This document shows, piece after piece, positions 8,743 through 18,275 of a stretch of DNA of 21,899 bases. The position numbers and the translations under genes are program-made. Location: NCBI GenBank assembly GCA_040289575.1, contig PSLL01000025.1, positions 11,724 through 33,622 on the forward strand, given 5' to 3'. The first letter of the stretch is position 1; every line of letters begins with the position of its first letter. The notes below the pieces were generated by a model. It saw nothing but the letters and a program-made list of their open reading frames with translations, did not search any database and had not been told where the DNA came from. The DNA is from Candidatus Dadabacteria bacterium. GTDB lineage: Bacteria; Desulfobacterota_D; UBA1144; Nemesobacterales; CSP1-2.

Positions 8743-9270
8743 TTGCAAGAGCAAAATAAAAAGAGGCATTTTGAACAGATTGTCCTACCGCATCTTGGCG
8801 CCGCATACAATCTGGCGCGCTGGCTTGTGCGTAGCGACCATGATGCAGAAGACATTGTGCAGGAGGCATATATGCGCGCCTTCAGGTTCTTTGACGGCTT
8901 TCGCGGCGGGGACAGCCGCTCATGGCTGCTCACTATTGTGCGAAATACATGTTACACATGGCTCCGGCAAAACCGGACGCACGAGGTTGCAGCGGCCTTC
9001 GATAAAGAGGTACATAGCGTGGGTAATGATATGTCTAATGCAGAAACGTTACTTCTTCAAGATGTGGATGATTAGCTGGTGAGACAGGCTCTCGAAGAAT
9101 TGCCTGTGGAATCTCGTGAGGTATTGGTACTGCATGAGATTGAGGGATTATCTTACAAAGAGATCGCTTTGGTTGCCGATATCCCAATGGGCACCGTTAT
9201 GTCACGCCTGTCACGCGCGCGCAAGAGGCTTGAGCAGGGCCTTGCCGGTCGCATGAAAAAGGAGGTCTAA
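8743..9270 (+). pseudogene. ECF sigma-70 factor interrupted by an in-frame TAG
   Basis: Region 2 (AYNLARWL..DAEDIVQEAYMRAF..SWLLTIVRN) and region 4 (LSYKEIA..PMGTVMSRLSRAR) are in the same frame, separated by TAG 9073-9075. Confidence 0.85.
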
Positions 9271-9271
9271 A

Positions 9272-10030
9272 ATGGGGTGCGAAACACAAGACCTTATACA
9301 CGCGTATGTGGATGGCGAATTGGACTTGGTCAGAAGCCTCGAAGTCGAAAAACACATACAAAATTGCGTGACGTGCTCGATAACTTACAAAAACCTTCAA
9401 ACACTTCGGTCTGCAATAGGCGCCGACTCTCTCTATTTTACACCTCCTGTGAATCTGGAGAGGCGCATTCACTCTGCCCTGCGCGGAGCGGGTAAATCTG
9501 AAGTTAGTCTGCGTGCCATGCAATGGCGCTGGCTCAGCATTCCTATTTCACTCGCGTTTATCGCTGTAATGATTTGGACTTTTGGGCCTATCCTAACCAC
9601 TTCTTCTAGGGATCATCTCTTGACCCAGGAAATTATATCCGCCCACATGCGCTCGCTTATGGCAGAGCATCTAGCGGATGTATCGTCTTCAGATCAGCAT
9701 ACGGTAAAGCCTTGGTTTAATGGCAGGCTGGATTTCTCGCCTCCTGTAAAGGATTTATCCGACCAGGGGTTTCCTCTCATCGGCGGGCGGCTCGATTACC
9801 TGGAAAATAGACCCGTAGCGGCTTTGGTTTACAGACACCGGCAGCATTTTATTAATCTATTTATATGGCCATCGGTGCATGGCTCGGATGTAGGGGAGAA
9901 GACTTTAGCACACCAGGGCTATAATCTGATTCACTGGACAAAATCAGGCATGACATATTGGGCGGTATCCGATCTTAATATTAGCGAATTGCAGGAATTC
10001 GTGCAATTGATTCAAAACCAAGCCTCATAA
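9272..10030 (+). CDS. Zinc-finger (ZAS) transmembrane anti-sigma factor
   Basis: YVDGEL, HIQNCVTC (HxxxCxxC), one TM segment, periplasmic DQHTVKPWFNGRLDFSPPV..LIGGRLDY; SD GGAGG; directly follows the ECF gene. Confidence 0.9.
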   Translation: MGCETQDLIHAYVDGELDLVRSLEVEKHIQNCVTCSITYKNLQTLRSAIGADSLYFTPPVNLERRIHSALRGAGKSEVSLRAMQWRWLSIPISLAFIAVMIWTFGPILTTSSRDHLLTQEIISAHMRSLMAEHLADVSSSDQHTVKPWFNGRLDFSPPVKDLSDQGFPLIGGRLDYLENRPVAALVYRHRQHFINLFIWPSVHGSDVGEKTLAHQGYNLIHWTKSGMTYWAVSDLNISELQEFVQLIQNQAS

Positions 10031-10163
10031 TGCCATCATCTTAATAGGCTGTTGTTTACACTGGATGTATTACAGCCACAGAATGGGAAAATCTTAGTAG
10101 CAACTCCGCTGTTCTCCAATATATACTTATTCACTACCGGATACAAACTAGGGAGAAAAGAAA

Positions 10164-10749
10164 TTGATTCATGAATGGTGGGGACTCAATAATCAGATAA
10201 AGGACGAGGCAAAAATGCTGGCAAAAGAGGGGTATATTACGCTTGCGGTTGATTTGTATCGTGGAAAGGTGACAAGCAATCCAGAAGAGGCGCATGAGCT
10301 TATGCGAGGGCTTCCGGAGGATAGAGCGGTAAGGGATATGCTCACAGCCGTCTCATATATGAAAACACTGCCAAGTGAAAGAAGGATAAGATAGGCTCTG
10401 TCGGCTGGTGCATGGGAGGTGGATATTCACTGTCGCTTGCGGTAAATAGCCCGGACATTTTGGCATGTGTGATATATTATGGAAGGCTCTTGACGGATAA
10501 AGACCAGCTCAGAAGAATCAAAGCCTCAGTTATTGGCTTCTTTGGAGAAGAGGATAAGGGAATTCCTCCGGCCAGTGTTAAGACATTTGAGAAGGACATG
10601 AGGTCAATGGGAAAAGACGTGAGCACGTATATATATCGGGACACGCATTTGCTAATGAGCAAAGGTCTTCATATAACGCAAAGGCTGCAAAGGATTCGTG
10701 GAATAAAACACTTGCTTTTTTGATAAGGAAGTTAAAATCAGATAAGTAG
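10164..10749 (+). pseudogene. Dienelactone hydrolase family, 5'-truncated and frameshifted
   Basis: IHEWWGLN..GY..LAVDLY; frameshift at about 10377 restores KDKIGSVGWCMGG (nucleophile motif); second lesion at about 10637 restores GHAFAN..YNAKAAKDSWNKTLAF. Confidence 0.85.
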
Positions 10750-10848
10750 ATCGTCAGTTAAAAACCTTTTAACCGCCGAGAACACAGGAAGAGAAGAGCT
10801 TTTGTTTAGAAGGAGTTCTTTCTATGTGAACCCTGTGTTACAATTCCT

Positions 10849-10876
10849 TTGCCAAAATCGGTTAGCATGGTAGTAT
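10849..10876 (+). promoter_or_regulatory. Putative sigma70 promoter of rsmD-coaD-aspC
   Basis: TTGCCA-16 nt-TAGTAT with an extended -10 TG. Confidence 0.5.
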
Positions 10877-10884
10877 ATCTGTCC

Positions 10885-11436
10885 GTGTTGCAGGTGCTAG
10901 CAGGTATGGCAAAGGGAAGAAGGCTCAAGGTTCCAAAGGGAAGGGGAGTCCGCCCGACTACAAGCAGGGTGAAAAAGGCAATATTCGACACACTCGGCGA
11001 TATAAGCGGCTTAAATGTGCTCGATCTCTTTGCAGGCTCTGGTGGGCTTGGAATAGAGGCCCTAAGCCGCAAGGCGGCTCATGTTACATTTATTGAAAAG
11101 AATCCGATGGTCTACAAGGTGATTAGAGAAAACATATCCCTCTGCGGGTTTCTCGACAGAGCGACTTTAATCTGCGCCTATTATGAAGGGGCACTCAAGA
11201 GGCTCAAGAAAGGCGGAAAAAGATTCGATCTCATATTTGTTGATCCGCCTTATGTCTCTTATGGGAGAAAACGAGTTGACGATTTCATAAACGAATCGGC
11301 GGAGCTCCTTAAAGACGGCGGCGTGGTTGTAATTGAGCATAATTATAAAATAGAGAATTCACCGGATGGTTTTAAAAGGATTACAAAGTCTTTCGGAGGC
11401 ACTCAGGTTAGCTTCTTTATAAAGGGTGATATATGA
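10885..11436 (+). CDS. rsmD: 16S rRNA m2G966 methyltransferase
   Basis: VLAG.AKGRRL..VRPT..VKKAIF, LDLFAGSGGLGIEALSR, FVDPPY, VVIEH. Start GTG 10885 or TTG 10888 fits family length better than 10849; canonical position upstream of coaD. Confidence 0.92.
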   Translation: MLQVLAGMAKGRRLKVPKGRGVRPTTSRVKKAIFDTLGDISGLNVLDLFAGSGGLGIEALSRKAAHVTFIEKNPMVYKVIRENISLCGFLDRATLICAYYEGALKRLKKGGKRFDLIFVDPPYVSYGRKRVDDFINESAELLKDGGVVVIEHNYKIENSPDGFKRITKSFGGTQVSFFIKGDI

Positions 11437-11930
11437 AGAAAAAGGTTGCGATATATCCCGGCTCATTCGACCCATTTACAAACGGCCACATAAATATAAT
11501 AGAGCGCGGTGTGAGGGTATTTGATAAGGTGATAGTTGCTGTCGCGCATAATGCCTCTAAAAGAACGACCTTTACGGTTGAGGAAAGGGTTGAGATTATT
11601 CGTGAGGTATTCCGTAAACGTCCCGAGGTAGATGTTGACTATTTTCAGGGGCTCCTTGTAGAGTACGCAAGAAAAAGGGGAACAAACATTGTGCTTCGCG
11701 GTATGAGAACGGTGTCGGATTTTGAATATGAGCTTCAGATGGCGCTCTCGAATAAAACCCTTTATCCGGAGATTGAAACGATATTCATGGTCACAGAGGG
11801 TGCATATTCGCATATAAGCTCCTCATTGATTAAGGAGATTATAACCCTCGGCGGTTCGGCTAAAGAGATGGTTCCAGAGATTGTGGAGAAGAAGTTAAGA
11901 GAGAAGTTGCTTAGAAAACAGGAGGTATAA
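11433..11930 (+). CDS. coaD: Phosphopantetheine adenylyltransferase
   Basis: AIYPGSFDPFTNGH, RGMRTVSDFEYE, ISSSLIKEI. Confidence 0.97.
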   Translation: MKKKVAIYPGSFDPFTNGHINIIERGVRVFDKVIVAVAHNASKRTTFTVEERVEIIREVFRKRPEVDVDYFQGLLVEYARKRGTNIVLRGMRTVSDFEYELQMALSNKTLYPEIETIFMVTEGAYSHISSSLIKEIITLGGSAKEMVPEIVEKKLREKLLRKQEV

Positions 11931-11936
11931 AATTAT

Positions 11937-13130
11937 ATGAAGCTTGCTGCCCGTGCGGAGAAGCTGAAACCATCTGCGACCCTTGCAATCACGGCAAAGG
12001 CAAAAGCCCTAAAAGCCCAGGGTATAGACATTGTTGGATTCGGTGCGGGAGAGCCTGATTTTGATACGCCCGAAAATATAAAAGAGGAAGCGATAAGGGC
12101 GATTAAAAGCGGGTTTACGAAATACACCGCGGTAGGCGGAATCGATGAGCTTAAAGGCGCAATCGTCCGTAGAATAGAGGAGGACTACGGGCTTCGGTAT
12201 GAAAGGTCTCAAATATTAGTATCATGTGGGGCAAAACACACGCTTTATAATTTGTCTCAAGCGCTCTTCGAAGATGGGGATGAGGTTATAATTCCTTCCC
12301 CTTACTGGGTCTCGTATCCTGAGCAGATAGTCCTCGCCGGAGCCACGCCTGTATTTATCGAGACCAAAGAGGAGGACGGCTTTAAGATTAACCCAGATGA
12401 TCTCAAAAGGCTCATAACGAAAAGAACCAAGGCCCTCATACTCAATTATCCATCAAACCCCACCGGTGCTACATACACTGAGGACGATCTTAGGGCGATA
12501 GTCGGTGTTGCGATGGAGAGCGGGCTTCTCATTATATCGGATGAGATTTATGACAAGATTATATACGACGGACTTACTCATACTCCGGTTGCAAAACTTG
12601 GAGACGATGTAAAGAAATCTACTATTCTTGTAAACGGCGTTTCTAAGACATATTCAATGACCGGGTGGAGAATCGGATTTGCGGCGGGGAATAAAAGGGT
12701 GATTGATGCAATGAGCAATCTTCAGGGGCAGTCCACATCAAATCCGACATCAATCGCACAAAGAGCGGCGGTGGAGGCTCTTGGTGGCCCTCAGGATGAA
12801 GTAGAGAGGATGAGACGTGAGTTCGAGAAGAGAAAAAACTACATAGTTGAGAGATTAAATGAAATCTCCTGCATTAGTTGCTTTAACCCACAGGGTGCGT
12901 TTTACGTATTTCCAAATGTCTCAAGGTTATTTGGAAAGAAGTATGGGGGGGTAGAGATTAGGAATTCTGTGGATCTCACACAGTTCCTCTTAGAAGAGGC
13001 AAAGGTAGCGGTTGTTCCCGGAGTAGAATTTGGAGCGGACAACTACATAAGAATCTCATATGCGACCTCAATGGAAGAGATCAAAAAGGGTGTGGATAGA
13101 ATAGAAAAGGCCATAGAGAAACTCAAATAG
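11937..13130 (+). CDS. aspC: Aspartate aminotransferase (class I PLP)
   Basis: GEPDFDTP, NYPSNPTG, SDEIY, SKTYSMTGWRIG (PLP lysine); SD GGAGG. Confidence 0.9.
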   Translation: MKLAARAEKLKPSATLAITAKAKALKAQGIDIVGFGAGEPDFDTPENIKEEAIRAIKSGFTKYTAVGGIDELKGAIVRRIEEDYGLRYERSQILVSCGAKHTLYNLSQALFEDGDEVIIPSPYWVSYPEQIVLAGATPVFIETKEEDGFKINPDDLKRLITKRTKALILNYPSNPTGATYTEDDLRAIVGVAMESGLLIISDEIYDKIIYDGLTHTPVAKLGDDVKKSTILVNGVSKTYSMTGWRIGFAAGNKRVIDAMSNLQGQSTSNPTSIAQRAAVEALGGPQDEVERMRREFEKRKNYIVERLNEISCISCFNPQGAFYVFPNVSRLFGKKYGGVEIRNSVDLTQFLLEEAKVAVVPGVEFGADNYIRISYATSMEEIKKGVDRIEKAIEKLK

Positions 13131-13246
13131 TCTCCTTTCTTCAGCGGAAATTTATACATGTCCCAACCTTAATATGACTCTGGTTATGTTCCGTAACCCT
13201 AATACTTAAATGCATGCAATGGGCACGTTTAAATAGTATTCTCTAA

Positions 13247-14360
13247 ATGCAAAGAATAAAGCTCGGCACCTCGATTTCACTAAGCGGAAAGTACTCAATT
13301 CAGGGCAAAGAGAGCCTCGAAGGGCTTTGCCTTTGGGTTAAGGACATAAATCAATTGGGTGGAATCTATATCAAAGACAAAAGGTTCACAGTCGAGCTCA
13401 TACATTATGACGATGAAAGTTCAGTGGATAAGTGCCAGAGGATTGTAGAGAGGCTCATTGTTGAGGACAAAGTGGATATTCTCATAGGCCCCTATTCAAG
13501 CGGACATACACTATCTGCAGCACCGATTGCCGAAAAATATAAAAAGATACTCTGGAATCACGGCGGGGCATCGGATGAGATTTTTGAAAAGGGATTTACG
13601 TATATAATAAGTACAATTACCCCCGCAAGCAGATATTTAATTGGAATTATTGAAATGGTGATGAAGCTTGATGATGAAGCAAAGAAGCTCGCTATATTTC
13701 AAGCTGAAGACAGCGGATTCTCAACAAATGTTGCACAAGGGGCTAATTGAGTTCAGGTATCTATCTGGCACAAAGGACTTTTCTCTTTTTCTAAAAAGGG
13801 TACGAGAAAATAATCCCGATATAGTTCTCGGTGTGGGACGCGCCGAAGATGATTTAATTCTTGCCAATCAGATTATAGAAAATAGAATAAACGCAAAGGC
13901 TATTGGGCTTGTTGTAGCCGGTATAAATTATTTTCGAGAAGTTCTTAGAAAAGGTGCCGAAGGATTTTTGGGCCCAAGCCAATGGGAGAGGGGAATTAGA
14001 ATAAAACCCGACTTTGGACTGACCCCTGAGGAATTTTTTAAGAGATTTAAGGATTTGTATAATAAAGAACCCAACTTTCTTGCCGCTCAAGGATATAACA
14101 TAGGATTAATTATTCAAAGGTGCATCCAAGAATCGGGAACTCTCGATGACCTGAGCCTTCGGGAGATGGTAAATAGATTAGAGTTTAAAACATTCTATGG
14201 AAATTTTAAGATTGACCCGGCTACGGGCAATCAGATCGGTCATAAAGTAGTAGTCGTTCAGTGGCAGGAGGAAAATAAATATATTGTGCATCCCGAAGAG
14301 ATGGCAGAAAGGGTTCCGATTTACCCCAAGCCGTCCCTTTCTCAATACCCAATAATTTAA
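13247..14360 (+). pseudogene. Branched-chain amino acid (LivJ/K-like) ABC substrate-binding protein, frameshifted
   Basis: IKLG.SISLSG..IN..GG..VELIHYDDES..LIGPYSS in the first ORF; GTKDFS..PDIV..TFYGNFKID..G.Q..VVQWQ in the second; frame break at about 13745. Confidence 0.8.
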
Positions 14361-14397
14361 GAAGTCTTTTCCCTGTATCCTGTTGTATTCTCTTCTT

Positions 14398-14426
14398 TTG
14401 ACATCAAACGCTTCTCTATTTATCAT
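14398..14426 (+). promoter_or_regulatory. sigma70 promoter of khtTU
   Basis: TTGACA (14398-14403), 17 nt, TATCAT (14421-14426), 8 nt before the ATG. Confidence 0.75.
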
Positions 14427-14434
14427 TTGCCCTT

Positions 14435-14938
14435 ATGAAGCTGCGTGAATCTGACCTTCCCGGAATAGGGAAGAAATTTACACTTCATACCGGCAAAGGA
14501 ATTACAATTTCTCTTGTCGTGCATAATACGGGGAGAAGGGAGATTTATCTCTTTCCATCAGGAGACGAGGGGGATGCTTTGTGTGTGATTGAGCTGTCTG
14601 ATGAAGAGGCGCGTCAGTTGGGAACACTTCTAATGGGAGCGTTTTTTACCCCTGTTATTGTAGACGAGGATAAGATAGACCTTCTTCTAAAGGGTCTTAT
14701 TATTGAATGGATTGAACTTTCAAAGAACTCCCCGGCCTCGGGGAAGAGTATTAGGGAGTTAGCTATTCGAACAAGAACGGGGGCCTCGATTATCGCCATT
14801 TTAAGAAATGAGAAAGATATAATACCGAATCCCTTTCCTGAGGAGGTGCTTAAAGCCGGTGATACCCTTATTGCCGTTGGAACCAGGGAGCAAATATCCG
14901 GACTTATAGAACTAGTTGTCCCTAGATCAAATAAATAG
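14435..14938 (+). CDS. khtT: K+/H+ antiporter regulatory subunit with RCK_C (TrkA-C) domain
   Basis: ESDLPGIGKKF..GRREIY..ELSDEEARQLG; C-terminal GKSIRELAIRTRTGASIIAILR..PNP..GDTLIAVG. Confidence 0.88.
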   Translation: MKLRESDLPGIGKKFTLHTGKGITISLVVHNTGRREIYLFPSGDEGDALCVIELSDEEARQLGTLLMGAFFTPVIVDEDKIDLLLKGLIIEWIELSKNSPASGKSIRELAIRTRTGASIIAILRNEKDIIPNPFPEEVLKAGDTLIAVGTREQISGLIELVVPRSNK

Positions 14939-14949
14939 AAGGCAGAACT

Positions 14950-16128
14950 TTGGAATTCAATATAATTTTAGGCCTTGGAATCATCCTCTCAGCGCTTTTT
15001 ATTTCTGCATACGTTGTGAGGAGATTAAGGGTTCCCTCCATACTTATTTATATAATTCTCGGTCTTTTACTCGGGGCATTTGTCAACAGGCATAGTGAAG
15101 GCGTTCTCAATATCTTTTCCGAAGCAGGATTAATACTTCTCTTTTTCTTTCTGGGATTGGAGTTCTCAATTGAGCGTATACTCGTGGTTGCAAGGAGAAT
15201 CTGGGCTGCGGGGATCATTGATCTTATTATCAATTTCGGTCTGGGATTCTCTATTGGTTATCTTCTTCACTTCAATGTCATATCATGTGTTTTTCTCGGA
15301 GCCATAACCTACGTAAGTAGTTCTGCTGTAATTTTGAAACTTCTTGTTGATTTAAAAAGATCCGCAAATGTAGAGACTGAAATAATTCTCGGCATATTGA
15401 TATTTGAAGATATAGTGGCATCAGTCCTTCTTGCTATTCTCTCGGGAATAGTGGGGAGTGATACAGGTAGCCCGGCAGTCTTTACGGCTCTGTTTATCCT
15501 TGCCAAGATTGCTCTTCTACTAGGAGCATCGCTACTTATAGCCAGTATCTTCGCGTCAAATTTGAGGGATATAATTGATAGAATTTCTGAGGAGGAGTTT
15601 CTCTCCCTTTTTGTTATTGGCTCCGTGTTTCTTTTTTCTGGCTTTGTAAAATTCTTAGGTGTATCTGAAGCATTTGGAGCTTTCCTTATAGGGCTGATAT
15701 TTGCTGAATCGGGTCGGCTAGAACCTGTAGAGAGGATTGCTCTTCCGCTAAAAGACATGGCCGTTGCTATTTTCTTCTTTTCGTTTGGTGTATCAATAGA
15801 AATTACGGGCGACTTTAACAAACTGATATTGACCCTCATTCTACTTTTTTTTGTAACCTCTCTAGGGAAAATCATATCTGGATATTTGGGGGCTAGACTC
15901 TCTGGGCTTAGAGACATTTCCTCTCTTAGAGTCGGATATTCAATGGTGGCAAGAGGAGAGTTCTCTATAGTTCTTGCATATGCCGCCCCAGACGGGCTTG
16001 GAATTCACACGCTTTCCGGATTTTACATACTATTTTTGACCATTGCCGGAATTATTTCTATGATCTACGCTCCGAGTCTCGCAAGGGGAACAAGGAGGGT
16101 ATTTACTAGAAGAAGGTCGGGTTTGTAG
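14950..16128 (+). CDS. khtU: CPA2-family cation/H+ antiporter
   Basis: Polytopic membrane protein; LFFLGLEFS, SSSAV, ILIFEDI, GAFLIG, ARGEFSIV; follows khtT. Confidence 0.85.
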   Translation: MEFNIILGLGIILSALFISAYVVRRLRVPSILIYIILGLLLGAFVNRHSEGVLNIFSEAGLILLFFFLGLEFSIERILVVARRIWAAGIIDLIINFGLGFSIGYLLHFNVISCVFLGAITYVSSSAVILKLLVDLKRSANVETEIILGILIFEDIVASVLLAILSGIVGSDTGSPAVFTALFILAKIALLLGASLLIASIFASNLRDIIDRISEEEFLSLFVIGSVFLFSGFVKFLGVSEAFGAFLIGLIFAESGRLEPVERIALPLKDMAVAIFFFSFGVSIEITGDFNKLILTLILLFFVTSLGKIISGYLGARLSGLRDISSLRVGYSMVARGEFSIVLAYAAPDGLGIHTLSGFYILFLTIAGIISMIYAPSLARGTRRVFTRRRSGL

Positions 16129-16292
16129 GATGGGCGATTATGATCAAGGGCTCTTGGCCTCAGTGGGTTTCTACAATCGGGGATTAGCCTTTCGGTGTTG
16201 TTTTATTAAAAAAAATAACCATAATTTTTCTTCTATCCATTTGATGAGGTTAGTAGTGGTGCACAAAATAGTCTGAAGTGTGAGGTAGGTTA

Positions 16293-17234
16293 ATGCCCCG
16301 ACTAATTGAGCGGACTTCGGAAAAGATCGGTTTTCCTCTTAGGGATAAGCCGACTGTGACATGGATAAATATTAGCGGTATTCATCAGGTAGAGATTATA
16401 AGAAAAATCGGAAAGCATTTTAACTTACATCCCCTTATTTTAGAAGATGTCGTCAACACAGGGTAGCGCCCGAAAATGGAGGACTACAGAGATTATGTCT
16501 TTATTGTCTTAAAAATGCTCTACTATGATGAAGAAGAGAATGAAATAATATGCGGACCAGGTCAGCTTGATTCTCGGCTTGAATTTTGTCATTTCTTTCC
16601 AAGAGGTCGAAGGAGACGTCTTTAATCCCGTCAGAGAGAGGATTAAAAATGCAAAGGGTCGCATTAGAAAAGTAGGAGCTGACTATCTCGCCTATGCTTT
16701 GGTGGATACCATAGTTGACAATTATTTCGCAATACTGGAGAAGTTCGGGGGAAAAATAGAAGACCTGGAAGAAGGGTTGTTGAATCCTACACAAAAAATC
16801 TTCAGGAAATCCACCAGCTAAAGAGGGAGATAGTATTTTTACGTAAATCGGTTTGGCCTTTAAGAGAGGTAGTAAGCAGCTTGGAGAGGGCGGAATCAAC
16901 GCTTGTTCATGAATCTACGCGCATACATCTCAGAGACCTCTGTGACCATACCATTCAGGTGATTGACACGATAGAGGCATTCCGGGATATGCTCTCAGGA
17001 ATGCTCGATATTTATCTGTCGAGTACCGGCAATAAGATGAACGAAGTCATGAAGATATTGACTATTATTGCTACGATATTTATCCCATTGACTTTCATAG
17101 CCGGTATCTACGGGATGAATTTTGAGGATATGCCGGAACTTAAGTGGCACTGGGGTTATCCCTTGGCTTTGATCATTATGTTCTTTATCGGTGTTTCAAT
17201 GCTGGTTTATTTTAGGAAAAGGAAGTGGATTTAG
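16293..17234 (+). pseudogene. corA: Magnesium/cobalt transporter CorA, disrupted
   Basis: ATG 16293 with SD GAGGT; TWINISGIH..LHPLILEDVVNTG*RPKMEDY (TAG 16464-16466 at the conserved Gln); frameshifts at about 16551 and in the A-run at about 16793-16798; intact C-terminal YGMNF..MPEL. Confidence 0.92.
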
Positions 17235-17284
17235 TAGAAAAGCAGGATTGGAGATTGGATTAACTATGGTATTATACTTAGATT

Positions 17285-18229
17285 GTGAGTTTGATTGAGA
17301 ATAGCTTTCCGAAGGATAAGAAAAAAAGAAGTAGATTTATTTCATTCCTTCTGGCATCTATTCTTTTTCACCTAGTTCTATTTTTTCTAATACTCCCTCG
17401 TTTGTTCCCTTCTATGGGTCTGCAGGTAAAACCCGGGGAAAAGCTAAACCCCATAGAGATAACCGACCTGCCCATACCGAAGGAGAAGGAGACTGAACCG
17501 CCTAAGGAGGCAAAGGGCCTTGCCGAGAGGTCTCATCAGGCTCTGGAGGAAAAGACGAGAGATGATTTTACAAGAAGGGGAAATACGAACCAGAGCTCAC
17601 TTCCGCAACCCCAACCGCAGCCGCCGCGGAGGTCTGAGAGAAGAGAATCCGAGAAAATGGCAAAGGCACAGGAGCAACCCAAAAGAGAGAGGGTTATTGA
17701 AAAATCCCCTAAGATAGCCTCCCTTCCAAAGGGGATAGAGGAGAATTTAGAGCGGCCTAGAGAAAAAGAGGAATCAAAACTGCCTAACATTACAAAGGAG
17801 CGGCTCTTTAGCTCTTCCGCAAGCCCGTTTTCACATGGGGGAGGGGGTCCGAGGGAATTTGAAGGCTCAGGGAGCGTAAACAAAAAAGAGGACACAGTAG
17901 ATTTAAATACGGCTGAATTTAGGTACTTCTCATACTTTGCAAAGCTCAAAGAGAAAATAGAGCAGGTATGGAACTACCCTGAGGCATCACGATTAAATGG
18001 GGAACAGGGTTCACTCTTTCTGGTATTTACAATAAGAAGAGATGGTTCTCTTGAGGACATAAAGTTGATAAGCCCCTCCGGGTACGCCCGACTCGATGAT
18101 GAAGCGATACGCGCAATCCGTGTCGCTTCTCCATTCAGTCCGTTTCCCAAAAGTTGGGGGGGGTTGGAGAGGCTAAATATAAGAGCCGAATTCAGGTATG
18201 AGATTAGATATGGATGGATTGTGAAATAA
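17285..18229 (+). CDS. TonB-family energy transducer
   Basis: N-terminal TM with SILFH (SxxxH); Pro/Glu/Lys-rich linker; TonB_C-like WNYPEASR..G..VFTIRRDG..SG...LDDEAIRAI..PFSPFP. Confidence 0.85.
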   Translation: MSLIENSFPKDKKKRSRFISFLLASILFHLVLFFLILPRLFPSMGLQVKPGEKLNPIEITDLPIPKEKETEPPKEAKGLAERSHQALEEKTRDDFTRRGNTNQSSLPQPQPQPPRRSERRESEKMAKAQEQPKRERVIEKSPKIASLPKGIEENLERPREKEESKLPNITKERLFSSSASPFSHGGGGPREFEGSGSVNKKEDTVDLNTAEFRYFSYFAKLKEKIEQVWNYPEASRLNGEQGSLFLVFTIRRDGSLEDIKLISPSGYARLDDEAIRAIRVASPFSPFPKSWGGLERLNIRAEFRYEIRYGWIVK

Positions 18230-18275
18230 AAGGGTTGCCCGCTCTTGTCTGTTGTTGGAGCATTTAGGTCGGGCA

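Noticed and set aside
15309..15917. 202-aa antisense ORF and other overlapping ORFs (e.g. 501-854, 4655-4909, 11463-11813, 17536-17949, 20690-20974)
   Set aside because: They are shadows or alternate frames of well-supported genes, with no recognisable motifs.
16132..16205. GTTTCTAC motif upstream of corA resembling a purine riboswitch; possible Mg2+ riboswitch
   Set aside because: The flanking purine-riboswitch loops and stems are not present and I could not recognise M-box features.
5731..16466. Three in-frame TAG codons (5733-5731, 9073-9075, 16464-16466) suggesting amber recoding or pyrrolysine
   Set aside because: Intact genes here (pepF, aspC, khtT, khtU, ispG) end in TAG at expected lengths, two of the three affected genes also have frameshifts, and each TAG is one transition from TGG or CAG.
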